Shown: positions 1-10,187 of the stretch, piece after piece
Layout of the letters: each line of letters opens with the position of its first letter
Numbering within the stretch: position 1 is the first letter of the stretch
IMG/VR virus record: IMGVR_UViG_3300001525_000359
Source of the DNA: an uncultured virus (IMG/VR IMGVR_UViG_3300001525_000359)
Lineage: Duplodnaviria > Heunggongvirae > Uroviricota > Caudoviricetes
Direction: 5' to 3' (one strand)
DNA: 20,000 bases
Position numbers and translations under genes: made by a program
The notes under the pieces: generated by a model
Seen by the model: the letters and a program-made list of their open reading frames with translations, nothing else
What the model was told of the DNA's origin: nothing
Databases searched by the model: none

Positions 1-2
1 AG

Positions 3-122
3 ATTCCAGAATCTGTTGCATTATTTGGGCTAGAAGAGTTTCATTGCTATGAGTGCAGGAAGCTTAGACATAGCATTGTAGAAGCAGGTGCAGATTTGCA
101 GGATCAATATCTAATAGGTTAA
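3..122 (+). CDS. 3' end of a hypothetical protein truncated by the window edge
   Basis: Open frame IPESVALFGLEEFHCYECRKLRHSIVEAGADLQDQYLIG ending TAA 120-122; same strand as all neighbours. Confidence 0.55.
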   Translation: MPESVALFGLEEFHCYECRKLRHSIVEAGADLQDQYLIG

Positions 123-127
123 TGCAT

Positions 128-205
128 ATGATGAATTTTGTTGCAGCCATTGGCATTGCATATGCAATTGGGCTAGTCATCTGGCTAATGTTTGAAGCAC
201 GTTAA
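128..205 (+). CDS. small single-TM peptide (25 aa)
   Basis: MMNFVAAIGIAYAIGLVIWLMFEAR*; hydrophobic helix that fills the gap after the upstream stop. Confidence 0.5.
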   Translation: MMNFVAAIGIAYAIGLVIWLMFEAR

Positions 206-229
206 GAAAAGCAAGTACAATATCACTAT

Positions 230-808
230 ATGAAGATACGTTCAGATTTCGTGAGCAACTCAAGCTCAAGCTCGTTTGTCTTGTGGAACAGCAGTGGTGA
301 TGCAAAGCTGTTTCTTGAGAAGTTTGCTGAGATGTTTGCTGGAGCATATATGCCATGGGACTTGAACAGTGCACTGTCTGTGTATGTCAACACGACGCAT
401 AGATGGTTCAATGATGTCGCAATTGCGTTGCTTGACAAAGATAAAGCAAAGAAAGCAATTGCTGAACATGACAGGTACTTGAATGACTATGCTGGAGGTG
501 TAGCTAATGTTGATTTAGATGGTGTTGCATATGACAATATTCATTTTCCGTTCAGCGACTTGGCAGACAAATATGATGAATTGCTGAGTGTAGCAGACAA
601 GATCAATTCACTTTACTTTGAAGCGCAAGATGAGTATAATTCGAATGACTTGACTGAGCTTAGAAAGATGTACTCATTCTGCAAAGATTTGGATTGCTGT
701 CCAGACTGCTCGATATCTGAACGTGACTTCTTGAGCAATGATGATGAGAACAACATTTTCTACCAGAAGATGAGAGAGTTGCATAAGTTGAAGATAGGAT
801 CAAAATGA
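230..808 (+). CDS. hypothetical protein, FVSNSSSSSF N-terminal motif family, copy 1 (192 aa)
   Basis: Starts MKIRSDFVSNSSSSSF; TGA overlaps next ATG (ATGA 805-808); no internal TAG. Confidence 0.85.
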   Translation: MKIRSDFVSNSSSSSFVLWNSSGDAKLFLEKFAEMFAGAYMPWDLNSALSVYVNTTHRWFNDVAIALLDKDKAKKAIAEHDRYLNDYAGGVANVDLDGVAYDNIHFPFSDLADKYDELLSVADKINSLYFEAQDEYNSNDLTELRKMYSFCKDLDCCPDCSISERDFLSNDDENNIFYQKMRELHKLKIGSK

Positions 809-1281
809 GAGAAGACGTGACAACTGAGATTAGTAAGACAAATGGATTCACTTGGACAGTGAAGTACTTGAATGAGTTCAATGAGCCATATTACTCAACA
901 AATGACAAAGATCTGTGCAGGCATCTTGATGTCAATGAGTGGGAGACAGGCTCAAAAGAGAAAGCATTGTCAATTGCAAGAGATCTGCTTGATGTCCCCG
1001 AAGCTGAGCTGACATTTGATGCAGTGAAGAAAGACTTTGATGGCATGGATGTCAGTGAGAAGAAGCTTGTCCAGATTCAAGACTACTATAATGGAAGATA
1101 TGCACTTTTCAACACAATGAAAAGTGACTTGTCATGCTTTGATGCTGATGCATGCAGCACTTTGCACACATTTCACTATGACATTCCAGAGAAGTACAAC
1201 ACATTCAATGTAGTGCCTGAGAATGACAATGACTGCAAACAGATAAGTGGCTACATTGAGATGACATTCAAAAGAGCGTAA
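805..1281 (+). CDS. hypothetical protein (158 aa)
   Basis: Open ORF, ATGA-coupled to the upstream gene, ends TAA. Confidence 0.8.
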   Translation: MREDVTTEISKTNGFTWTVKYLNEFNEPYYSTNDKDLCRHLDVNEWETGSKEKALSIARDLLDVPEAELTFDAVKKDFDGMDVSEKKLVQIQDYYNGRYALFNTMKSDLSCFDADACSTLHTFHYDIPEKYNTFNVVPENDNDCKQISGYIEMTFKRA

Positions 1282-1289
1282 GATGGCAA

Positions 1290-2177
1290 ATGCAGACTGA
1301 TGAAGAGAAGCTAACTTAGTTGAAGTAGTTTGAAGAAGAGCTGACTTAGCTCTGTCCAGACTTGTATTTTGACAAGCAACATCTAGCATATTGCCCAAAG
1401 TATGGCTGGATGGATGTTGTCAAGAGCATGTCATTGAAGCTTCAGATGCTAAATGTTGAGCTGAAGCAATATGGTGTGCATATCGTCATATAGCAATGCA
1501 AAGACAAGTTCGGGATGTTGAGAGTGTATGCAGATGCATTTGTGATGATGCCTGCATATGCTAAGCTGCTTATAGATACATCTGACTATGCATGCAGATA
1601 GCTTTAGCAGCATTTTGACTTCAAGATGAAGACTGTCGTTGACATGCCTTCATATGTCAAGCTTCTTGAAGAAGAGATCAGTGAAGCTGAGTTTGAGAGA
1701 TGCAGCAAATATCCAGCTTCAAACGTCAAGTTTGTGAAGAAAGATGGGAAGTTCTTCAGGTAGGGGTCATATTAGACATTTAGAGTGACACATCAAGAAG
1801 CTACTCAGCATAAGCTTGCATATGCATTGTCATCTGCATTTTCATCTCTCTCATAGAGGATTAGCAGATGGCATCAAGGGAGAAAGCATACATCTAAGCA
1901 AGAGTTTGCACTGCAATATGGTGACATGTTGTGCTCTAAGATCATAGAAGAAGCTGAAGAAGCAACTGCTATGATATGTGAGTCATGTGGCGGCGAGCTT
2001 AGTAAGTCAGGATTCAACAGACGTTGCGTTACACGCGGCTGGGTCAGGAACTTATGTCCCACATGTGCAGAGAGATCTGGTGTTGAGTTCTTTGTAGATG
2101 GTGAACTTCATAAAGGCTAGAAGTGTATCCTATCAAAAGAAGACACTTAGAAGAAGTTCGGAGAGCATCCTCAATGA
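1290..2177 (+). CDS. phage protein with KDKFGMLRVY motif and C-terminal Zn ribbon (295 aa, TAG=Gln)
   Basis: Open from ATG 1290 to TGA 2175-2177 if 11 TAG are read as Gln. QCKDKFGMLRVY plus CESCG...GWVRNLCPTC resemble the phage (Q)xKEKFGxLRxY/CxxCG family. Stop overlaps next ATG. Confidence 0.8.
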
Positions 2178-2773
2178 AAAGACGTCTAGATTTCGTCAGC
2201 AACTCAAGCTCAAGTTCATTCATAGTCATAAATGACTATGGGAAATATGTTGATGGCACAAGCATTGGTGAAATGCCAGAAGAATGCATTTAGTTGCCAT
2301 GTGACAATGGCTGCACAGAGTTCAGCTGGCAAGTAGATAAGTACTATGATGTGTTCTCTAAGCTGAATTGGGCCGCACTAGTAGTATTGTCGTAGATCAG
2401 GATCGAGAAGAATGAGACTGATGAAGACAGGCTTAAATCTGCTATAAATGCACCATGGCGTAGAGCAAAAGACATGGAGAAGATGTTGAAGAATGTTTGC
2501 AAACAACATCTTGGTGTCAATGTAAAGCTACGTAAAGCAGAATGGCGTAAAGACTATCTTTTAGTTGGCTACATTGATCATCAAAGTGACATTGTAGAGT
2601 CACCAGAAAATGCACGAATGTTCATGTCTGAGAAGATGTTAGCTGACTTCTTGTTCAATGACGCTTCTTACATAAGGAACTCAAATGACAGTAATGACAA
2701 TGATGAAGATCTTGTGTATGATGAGAAGATTGGTGACTACGTTATATTTCATCCAAGGGACTACACAAGATGA
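2174..2773 (+). CDS. hypothetical protein, FVSNSSSSSF family, copy 2 (199 aa, TAG=Gln)
   Basis: MKRRLDFVSNSSSSSFIVI...GYIDHQS...NSNDSN; 2 internal TAG; ATGA overlaps at both ends. Confidence 0.85.
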
Positions 2774-3651
2774 AGATACGTTTAGATTTTGTGAGCAACT
2801 CAAGCTCAAGCTCATTTGTAGTTGCAGTCAGTGAGAATGTCTCATTAGCAGACTTTTGCAAGACATTTGCTGATGCATGTGCAGATGATGAAACTGATGT
2901 GTAGCTTAAAGAGTAGAACATCATTAGGCTAAGATATTGTTTGTCTGAGAATGTCTTGCTTCATCTTGGCTGGCTTTTCATAAAGAAGACTGAGTCGGTT
3001 TTCGATGAAGATCATTATGCTCAAGATGGTGAGAACATTTCAGATGAAGACACTAAGTACTGGCGGTCTATGGTTGCTGAGCACAAAGATTGCATTGCAA
3101 AGTTTGCTGAAGTGAAAGACAAGCCAGAGACAGAGTAGTACAAAGAGTTTGAGATCTACAAAGATGATTATGTTGATGAAAATGGCAAAGTGCACATGAT
3201 TGAAGAGATCTGGAGTGGACGACATGCTGTCCCAAAACACTTTATGCTTAATTCATTTGTCTTCAACAGACATGAAGACTTTGTAAGCAAAGAGCTAGAA
3301 GATGACTCGAAGAGAATGCGCATTCAGCATATGCAGAAAGTCGGTGAAGTGCATTTCAAAGATGGCGATGTGATGTCTGAGCCAAAGACATATGAGATCA
3401 CTATGGACACCATCTTGAACACAAGAGAGCTTATTGATGCTGGGCTTAAGATAAAGTTCGATGATTGGGAGAAAGACATTGACAAGCTTGAGCATATGCT
3501 AGCTGAAGGGAAAAAGCTCTATGTCATTCAGCATAATCATTCTGGGTGCGGGATGCTTTCAGATGGTGTCTACTCAAGCTATGATATGGATGCTAAGACA
3601 AAGCTTGAAGATGACAAAGACATTGCCATATTGAGTTAGGAGGACTACTGA
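2770..3651 (+). CDS. hypothetical protein, FVSNSSSSSF family, copy 3 (293 aa, TAG=Gln)
   Basis: MKIRLDFVSNSSSSSFVVAV; joins track ORFs 2941 and 3190 in one frame through 4 TAG; TGA 3649-3651 overlaps next ATG. Confidence 0.85.
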
Positions 3652-3965
3652 TGAAAATTAAGCTTGAAGACTTGAGAAAATGCAGCTAGTATGATAAGTT
3701 GTTGCTGAATGAAGATATGCATTGGTAGTTTCTTGACTCATGGTTGTTTACTGACTGGCGACATACTGATAACTTTCCTGGAGAAGAATGCATTGCTGAG
3801 GGAGTTGTCTTGATTGATGCAGATGAGAGCTATGCAGCAGAGTTAGTTCTTATAAAGCATAATGACTTAAATCAGATGTCAGCAATGGTGTATTTGAAGA
3901 AAGATGCAAATGCAGTTGCTTGGGACAGCAGCGCAAACATAGTTTCAATTGAGAAAGAGAACTGA
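3651..3965 (+). CDS. hypothetical protein (104 aa, TAG=Gln)
   Basis: TGATG-coupled start with AGGAGG just upstream; 2 TAG; in frame with track ORF 3744. Confidence 0.75.
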
Positions 3966-3971
3966 AAGAAG

Positions 3972-4538
3972 ATGAAGAGCAAGAAGCCTAATAAGAAAGA
4001 TGCAAACAGCGTAAAGAAGAAAGTTGCATCTAGCAAGAAGAGCAAAAAGTCAAGCAAGTCAATTGCAAAAGACAAGCTGAAGAAACTGATAACGCCATCA
4101 AGGAAGAAGCAATTAGAAGAAGCTGCAGTTGATGAGATGCGAGATGCATTGTCAAATGACTTGAGTGTGAAATCAGAGTCAGGCAATGAGTACAGGCTTA
4201 CACCTAAAGGCATTTTGCTTGCAGTGTTAGATAAGTACTATGGTGCAGGTGAAGACTTGAAGACATTTGATGACTTCATGAAGGACTTATGCCAGCACCT
4301 GTCTATGCTAGCAACAAATGACTCGCAATATGACATGTTTGGTGATGACTTCAACTCTTTATTCGACATGCTTGTGTCGTCAATGAACTTGTCTGGAAAG
4401 ATGAAAGAGATTCTTGATGAGAATGGCATTGAGTTCAATGTTACAGAGTTTCTAGAGAACATCAACTCAGACTGCACAGACAAGTCAGCTGATGACAAAG
4501 ATGATGACAGCAATTTCATGCCAAAACGAAAGAAGTGA
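3972..4538 (+). CDS. hypothetical protein with Lys-rich N-terminus and acidic C-terminus (188 aa)
   Basis: Open ORF without TAG; MKSKKPNKK...SSKKSKKSSK basic tail. Confidence 0.8.
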   Translation: MKSKKPNKKDANSVKKKVASSKKSKKSSKSIAKDKLKKLITPSRKKQLEEAAVDEMRDALSNDLSVKSESGNEYRLTPKGILLAVLDKYYGAGEDLKTFDDFMKDLCQHLSMLATNDSQYDMFGDDFNSLFDMLVSSMNLSGKMKEILDENGIEFNVTEFLENINSDCTDKSADDKDDDSNFMPKRKK

Positions 4539-4562
4539 GTAAAATATAGTTGAAGTTGGTTG

Positions 4563-4592
4563 CTGGATGCAAATCGTGCATCCAGATTTTTT
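4563..4592 (+). terminator. intrinsic terminator-like hairpin
   Basis: CTGGATGCA-aatcg-TGCATCCAG perfect 9-bp stem followed by ATTTTTT. Confidence 0.75.
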
Positions 4593-4631
4593 AGTGAAAT
4601 GAGCATTTGACAACAAAGAGACAAAAAGAAT

Positions 4632-5162
4632 ATGGTATACGAAACAGACGATCATATAGTCAGAGACATCGGTGAGTATTCAGTGATACTTCATCAAGTG
4701 AACACAAAGGGTGTAATGCAGCAAGGCATTAGCATGGCATTGAGCAAGCAGTTTCCCAACTGGTATCCTGACTACCATGGCTACTGTGGCTGGTTTGACA
4801 AAGATGGCTCAATGAACTTTCTACATAAAGACTACACTGAAGACATCATTGGGACATGGCATCGCTATCCAGTTCCTGGACGCAATGTGATAATCTGCTC
4901 TGCATTTGGACAGCGTGGTGCAGGGAAAGAGTATGTGCAGACAGATCTTGAAGCATGGGAAAAGATCATCAAGAAGCTTGTCTTGCAGACTAGACGTGTC
5001 AACAAGATCCAGCCGGAAGGTAAGAAGTGGACAATTCATGTTCCAGCCAACTTGGGATGTCTTGGTAGAGACTATGACAACTCTGAGCTGATGGACATGC
5101 TGAATGATGCATTTGCGAAGTCAGATGATGACTTGTACATTCATGAGAGAGTGGTGTATTGA
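4632..5162 (+). CDS. macrodomain protein (Poa1p/TARG1/DarG-like ADP-ribose-processing fold)
   Basis: ILHQVNTKGVMQQGISMALSKQFP matches HQVNCxGxMGxGIA...YP; also SAFGQ and HVPANLGC. Confidence 0.75.
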   Translation: MVYETDDHIVRDIGEYSVILHQVNTKGVMQQGISMALSKQFPNWYPDYHGYCGWFDKDGSMNFLHKDYTEDIIGTWHRYPVPGRNVIICSAFGQRGAGKEYVQTDLEAWEKIIKKLVLQTRRVNKIQPEGKKWTIHVPANLGCLGRDYDNSELMDMLNDAFAKSDDDLYIHERVVY

Positions 5163-5695
5163 GTTCAATTGATCATCATGTTGTATACTGTGAAGTGTCT
5201 ACTATGTATGAGAAGCATTTTAGGCACTTTGGTGCAGTTGAAGTGTCAAATGTGTTTGCATATGCAATATTAAGCAAATCTGTGAATGACATAATGTTGT
5301 CGGATGACATGATTCATTATTCATACATAGATGACAATAATAGGAAATATGCATTGTTCACATTTGAGGATGATGATGAGTTTGTCAATGTTGTTTAGAA
5401 AGTTGAAGTTGAGTTCTTTAAGCATTTCTTTGTTGCAATTCAAGATGTGAAGACAATTGATGACTTGAACATCACAAAGATCAACTAGGCAAACTCATAC
5501 ATCAATGCAATGTCAGAGTATTTGTTTGATGAATGTGCTATAAGGTAGTTATTGCCACAACATAGAATAATGCTTAAGCAAGCGATAGATGTCTTGAAGA
5601 CATATTTGCATAAGTTGTCATATGCAAAGATATAGTTAGATGACGCAATGTACATATATGACAACATGATCGACATGAAAGTCATAAGAAAGTGA
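5159..5695 (+). CDS. hypothetical protein (~178 aa, TAG=Gln; TTG start uncertain)
   Basis: Track ORF 5159 continues through 4 TAG to TGA 5693-5695. Confidence 0.7.
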
Positions 5696-5708
5696 AATTT
5701 AGATTAAC

Positions 5709-6353
5709 ATGAGTGGAAGCTCTTCATAGAAGCTAGCTGGTGCTTTAGGGCAATGCTTTGCAGATGCTAACATACAACGACATTTCAATGTTGACACATC
5801 ATTTCACTACTATGATGTTGTTGACAAGAATATGCATATTGACATAATGTTCAACTAGACAGCTAGTGTCAGATATGACAACGGAAATGACAGGATCATT
5901 TCTTGTAAGAACTACTTTGTTGACATAAAGACTGCATCTGAAAACTATGGCCATTCTTGCTCATTGCCAGCTGACATACATTACATGGAGTCATTTCTTG
6001 ACAAAGACTACTGGCTTGGGTTTGTGTTTCGTGATGCAGACTACATATCACTTGTTCGCATAACAACACAGTTTGTCGACACATATTTCCATATGGCACA
6101 AGGGAACACTAACGTATATGTGCAGATGGATGAGCTTGAGAGAGATGATGTCTACACTAGATGGCCAGATGACTATCTTAAAGTTCCAGTGATCGGGAGA
6201 GATGGGCCAACTACATTCAACTAGTTCTATGTAGCTTAGCACTTCACTGGACATGAGCTTGATGGAAAAAATGAAAAACAGACAAAGAAGTATGTTGAGG
6301 ATGAGCTTTTGCCATTCTGTGAGAAGCATTTTGGAAGGAACAACGACATCTAA
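5709..6353 (+). CDS. putative PD-(D/E)xK-fold nuclease-like protein (214 aa, TAG=Gln)
   Basis: ATG 5709 to TAA 6351-6353, which overlaps the rmlB ATG. DKNMHIDIMF...YFVDIKTAS resembles an ID...DxK nuclease motif. Function tentative. Confidence 0.6.
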
Positions 6354-7321
6354 TGAAAGGACATGACATGAAAAAGATTTTAGTGACAGGTGGGCTTGGC
6401 TTCATTGGCTTCAATGCATTGCAGCTATGGAAGAGAGAACATTCAGACTGCGAGTATTTTGTAGTTGATAATGAGACATATGCTGCGCAATTTATGTTGT
6501 CTGAGAAGAAAGCGTGGCTTAAAGACAACAATATAAAGCTTCTCAAATGTGACATATGTGCTGAGAAGAAAGTCGAAAAGTTTGTCATAAGCAACAATAT
6601 CGACACAATTGTCCATTTTGCAGCTGAGACGCATGTGGACAACTCGATCTCTGGGCCAGACATCTTCTTCAAGACAAATGTGCTGGGAACTGTCTCATTG
6701 TTGAACATTGCAAAGAAGCGTGATCTTCGTATTCACATCGTCTCGACTGATGAAGTGTATGGTGAGACAACACCAGATAGCTGGACTAGCATTCATCATG
6801 CAGAAGACTATGTCTTGAAGCCATCATCACCATATAGCTCATCCAAAGCAAGTGCCGACTTAGCTGCATTGTCATATCATCATACATTCGGGACAAAAGT
6901 GACGATCTCAAGATGCAGCAACAATGCTGGAAAATGGTAGCATCCAGAGAAGCTGATTGGCACAGTTATATCTAAAGCTCTTAAAGATGAAAAGATACCT
7001 GTCTATGGCAAAGGCAACTAGAAGCGGCATTGGATAGATGTCGATGATCATAACAGGGCAATATTCAACATTCTAGAATCAGGAAAGCTTGACAAGATTT
7101 ACAACATTGGCCCAATTGAAGAGAATTACATCACAAACATGCAACTCATCAAGTTCATATTGAAGCATTTAGATAAGCCGTTGTCACTTATTGAGCATGT
7201 GACAGACAGGCTTGGACATGACACAACATATTTTCTAAAGCCAGAAGAAGACATCTAGACAAGAAGTTATAAGAAGTTTATGCCAGATGTGATAGAATGG
7301 TACAAGGAGAACATTAAATGA
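6353..7321 (+). CDS. rmlB: dTDP-glucose 4,6-dehydratase (322 aa; alternative start 6368)
   Basis: ILVTGGLGFIG, HFAAETHVDNSI, STDEVYG, PSSPYSSSKA, NNAGKW[TAG]HPEKLI, GKGN[TAG]KRHW, DRLGHD; TGA overlaps the rmlA ATG. Confidence 0.95.
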
Positions 7322-8094
7322 GAAGAGGGGTTGTGTTGTGCGGAGGTTTGGGCACGAGACTCGCGCCGATAACTAAGTTTACGTTGAAGCAGTTTTGTCC
7401 AGTGTATGACAAGCCGCTTATCTACTATCCGCTTTACACCATCATGAAGATGGGCATCAAAGACATTCTCTTCATTTCGACGCCAGAAGCTACACTCGTC
7501 TTAGAGAAGAATTTAGGGACTGGCGAAGAGTATGGATGTAGCTTCAAGTACAAAGTGCAAGAGAAGCCAAATGGACTGGCACAAGCATTTGTCTTAGGCA
7601 AAGAGTTCATTGGGAAAGAGCGAGTGTGCCTGATCTTGGGTGACAACATCTTCTATGGTGCGGAATGCCAGAAGCTCTTCAAAGACGCTTGCCGGGGAAG
7701 TGAGAATGTAGTGTTTGGGTATCCAGTGTCAGATCCAGAGAGATATGGCGTAGTCGAGTTCGATGAGAATTGCAATGTCTTGTCTATCGAAGAGAAGCCT
7801 AAGAAGCCAAAGTCAAACTATGCTGTCCCAGGAATCTACTTCTACAACAATGACGTCATCCAGATTGCTGAGAGCTTGAAGCCATCGGCTAGAGGTGAGT
7901 TTGAGATAACTGACGTGAACAAAGAGTACCTGAAGCGTGGACAGCTCAAAGTCATGAAGCTTGGATTTGGCAATGCTTATCTAGACACTGGGACATTTGC
8001 AAGCTTGAATGATGCTAGCAACTTTGTCCGGACTATCGAAGACAGGACTGGACTGAAGGTGTCTGACATCGAGCAGTTCAAGAAGGTGAAGTGA
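7318..8094 (+). CDS. rmlA: glucose-1-phosphate thymidylyltransferase (258 aa)
   Basis: LCGGLGTRLAP, VYDKPLIYYPL, QEKPNGLAQAF, LGDNIF, EKP, SARGEFEITD, DTGT. Confidence 0.95.
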   Translation: MRRGVVLCGGLGTRLAPITKFTLKQFCPVYDKPLIYYPLYTIMKMGIKDILFISTPEATLVLEKNLGTGEEYGCSFKYKVQEKPNGLAQAFVLGKEFIGKERVCLILGDNIFYGAECQKLFKDACRGSENVVFGYPVSDPERYGVVEFDENCNVLSIEEKPKKPKSNYAVPGIYFYNNDVIQIAESLKPSARGEFEITDVNKEYLKRGQLKVMKLGFGNAYLDTGTFASLNDASNFVRTIEDRTGLKVSDIEQFKKVK

Positions 8095-8129
8095 GACGTT
8101 GCTTTCTAACGAAGTAATTTATAACTAAT

Positions 8130-10046
8130 ATGCATACTGAAAACAAATTTGAAGTGCTTACTGGGCGTCTTTAGATTCTAAAGAAGCCTACAATGTGGAT
8201 TGGTGCGATTGATCCGACAGAAAAAGAGATGTTCATCATAAATGATGACAAAGTCGAATACAAGAATGTGACATACATCCCAGCATTTCGCAAGATATTT
8301 GATGAGATCCTTGACAACAGCATTGATGCTTTGATTGAGCATTGCAACTCATGCGGTACAATTAAAGTCAAGATGGATGATGAGAAGATATCTGTTGAAG
8401 ATGATGGGCCAGGAATTCCAGTTGTGAAGAAGCAATTGAATGAGCTTGAGCTAAAGAATCTTCCAAAAGAAGAAGCTGAACAGTTGAAGAACTCATATAT
8501 TCCATTGATTGCATGGACACGAATCTTCTCTGGAACGAATTTTGTCGATGTGCAGCAGAAGACAAATATCGGTTCCCACGGAGTTGGTGCGAAAGCGTGT
8601 GCAATTTTCTCAACAAAGTTCATTGGTATAACTGATGATGGGAAAAAGAGATGTGTTGTCAAGACATTTGACAACTTGGAGAAGAGCTCATGCAAGGTAA
8701 GTGAGACATCTGGACATTCTGGAACATTAGTTGAGTTCTGGCCCGACTTAAAGAGATTTGGATTGTAGAAAGTTGAGCAAGTGTATCATGATCTTGCATA
8801 TCAGCGTCTGCTTTGTCTTGCAATGACATTCCCAAAGATGAAGTTCTCTTTCAATGGGAAGCGTATTGCTGTCAATGACAAGAAGTTTCTGAAGATGTTC
8901 AATGACAACATTGAGTATGTGACGTTTGACAAAGGCTTTGTTGGGATATATCCAAATCAGCACGATGACTTCAAGTTCTTGACATATGTTGATGGCATGT
9001 ACATGGCACGTGGTGGAAATCATGTCGACTTCATCATGAACTCAATTGTTTCACCAATTCGTGAAAAACTTAGCAAGAAATACAAAGCTATAAAGCCAGC
9101 TGACATCAAGAACAAGATGACATTAGTGTGCTTTTTACGAGAGTTCCCTAATCCAAAGTTTGACTCTTAGACAAAAGACACATTGTCAAACTCTTGGGGT
9201 GAAGTGTCAAGTTATTTGCAAGACAAGATTGATTTCAATGATTTTGCAAAGAAAATCTTGAAGAATGATGCTATAATTTCTCCAGTTGTAGAGATGTTTA
9301 AGCTAAAAGAAGAGCTTAAAGCAAGGCAAGAGCTTAAGAAAGTCAAGAAGATAAAAGTAAAGTCAGACAAGTATATGCCATCTATTGGCGAGAAGAAGTA
9401 CTGTCTACTATGCGAAGGGCTTAGTGCTCGTGGTGGCTTAAGCTCTGCACTTGGAAGAAATGGATATGCATTTTATGCAGGGCGCGGCGTCCCGCTAAAT
9501 GCATATGACGCAAACATTCAAGCAATAAGTGCAAACAAAGAACTTAAAGACATTTCATCAATTCTTGAACTTGACATATTTAGTAAATCTGATGCAAAAC
9601 AAATATCTTTTAATAAAGTCATTCTTGCAAATGATGCAGATATGGATGGTATCTTCATTGCAAATCAATATGTAGGATGGTTCACAAAGTTTGCACCAAA
9701 TCTGTTTAATGAGCATAAAGTTGCACGTCTTATAACGCCACTTGTCATTCTTAAAGACAATAAAGAAACACCAGTGAAGTATTTTTATTCATTAAATGAA
9801 TTTAAGAACTTTGAGTCAACGAATGATTTAAGAAAATACAAAATTGATTATAAGAAAGGCTTGGGATCGTGGCCAAAAGAAGAGTTCATTCAACTGTTTG
9901 ACAAGTATGGATTTGAGTATTTTGTTCAAGATCTGTTGATGGATGATGAAGGGCGTGTTTATGTTGATGACTGGCTTAATGGTAGTAATGCTGAAAAGAG
10001 AAAACAGTATCTTCGAAACTTCACATTTAATGTCGAGACAATGTAA
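8130..10046 (+). CDS. type IIA DNA topoisomerase ATPase+TOPRIM subunit (T4 gp39+gp60-like, 638 aa, TAG=Gln)
   Basis: KKPTMWIG, DEILDNSID, DDGPGIP, GSHGVGAK, FDS[TAG]TKD, CEGLSA, DADMDG, YKKGLGS; one frame through TAG at 8172, 8766 and 9168. Confidence 0.95.
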
Positions 10047-10087
10047 AAAGTTAAACATCATTTTTAAAAAAATGTTGTAAATTATAT

Positions 10088-10119
10088 TTAATCAAATTTG
10101 ATGCTGCTTATTTGGTTAA
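10088..10119 (+). promoter_or_regulatory. hairpin 1 with loop TTGATGCTGCTT
   Basis: TTAATCAAAT / ATTTGGTTAA 10-bp stem with one G-U pair; loop is complementary to the hairpin 2 loop. Confidence 0.55.
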
Positions 10120-10121
10120 TG

Positions 10122-10130
10122 TGATATAAT
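10122..10130 (+). promoter_or_regulatory. extended -10 promoter element TGnTATAAT
   Basis: TGATATAAT between the two hairpins, upstream of ATG 10188; AT-rich context lowers specificity. Confidence 0.5.
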
Positions 10131-10147
10131 TTATAAAGATTATTTTT

Positions 10148-10185
10148 ATACCTCCAACTAGCAGCATCTAGTTGGAGGTATTTTT
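10148..10185 (+). promoter_or_regulatory. hairpin 2: RBS-sequestering and terminator-like stem-loop
   Basis: Perfect 14-bp stem ATACCTCCAACTAG-cagcat-CTAGTTGGAGGTAT then a T run; GGAGG (10174-10178) lies in the 3' arm, 9 nt before ATG 10188. Confidence 0.8.
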
Positions 10186-10187
10186 AT

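Noticed and set aside
244..2820. CRISPR-like or DGR-like repeats (AGCAACTCAAGCTCAAG x3)
   Set aside because: Irregular spacing (about 1.9 and 0.6 kb), all in frame at gene starts; no spacers, cas genes, reverse transcriptase or adenine-specific mismatches.
4906..5091. 61-aa + strand ORF
   Set aside because: Out of frame and fully inside the macrodomain gene.
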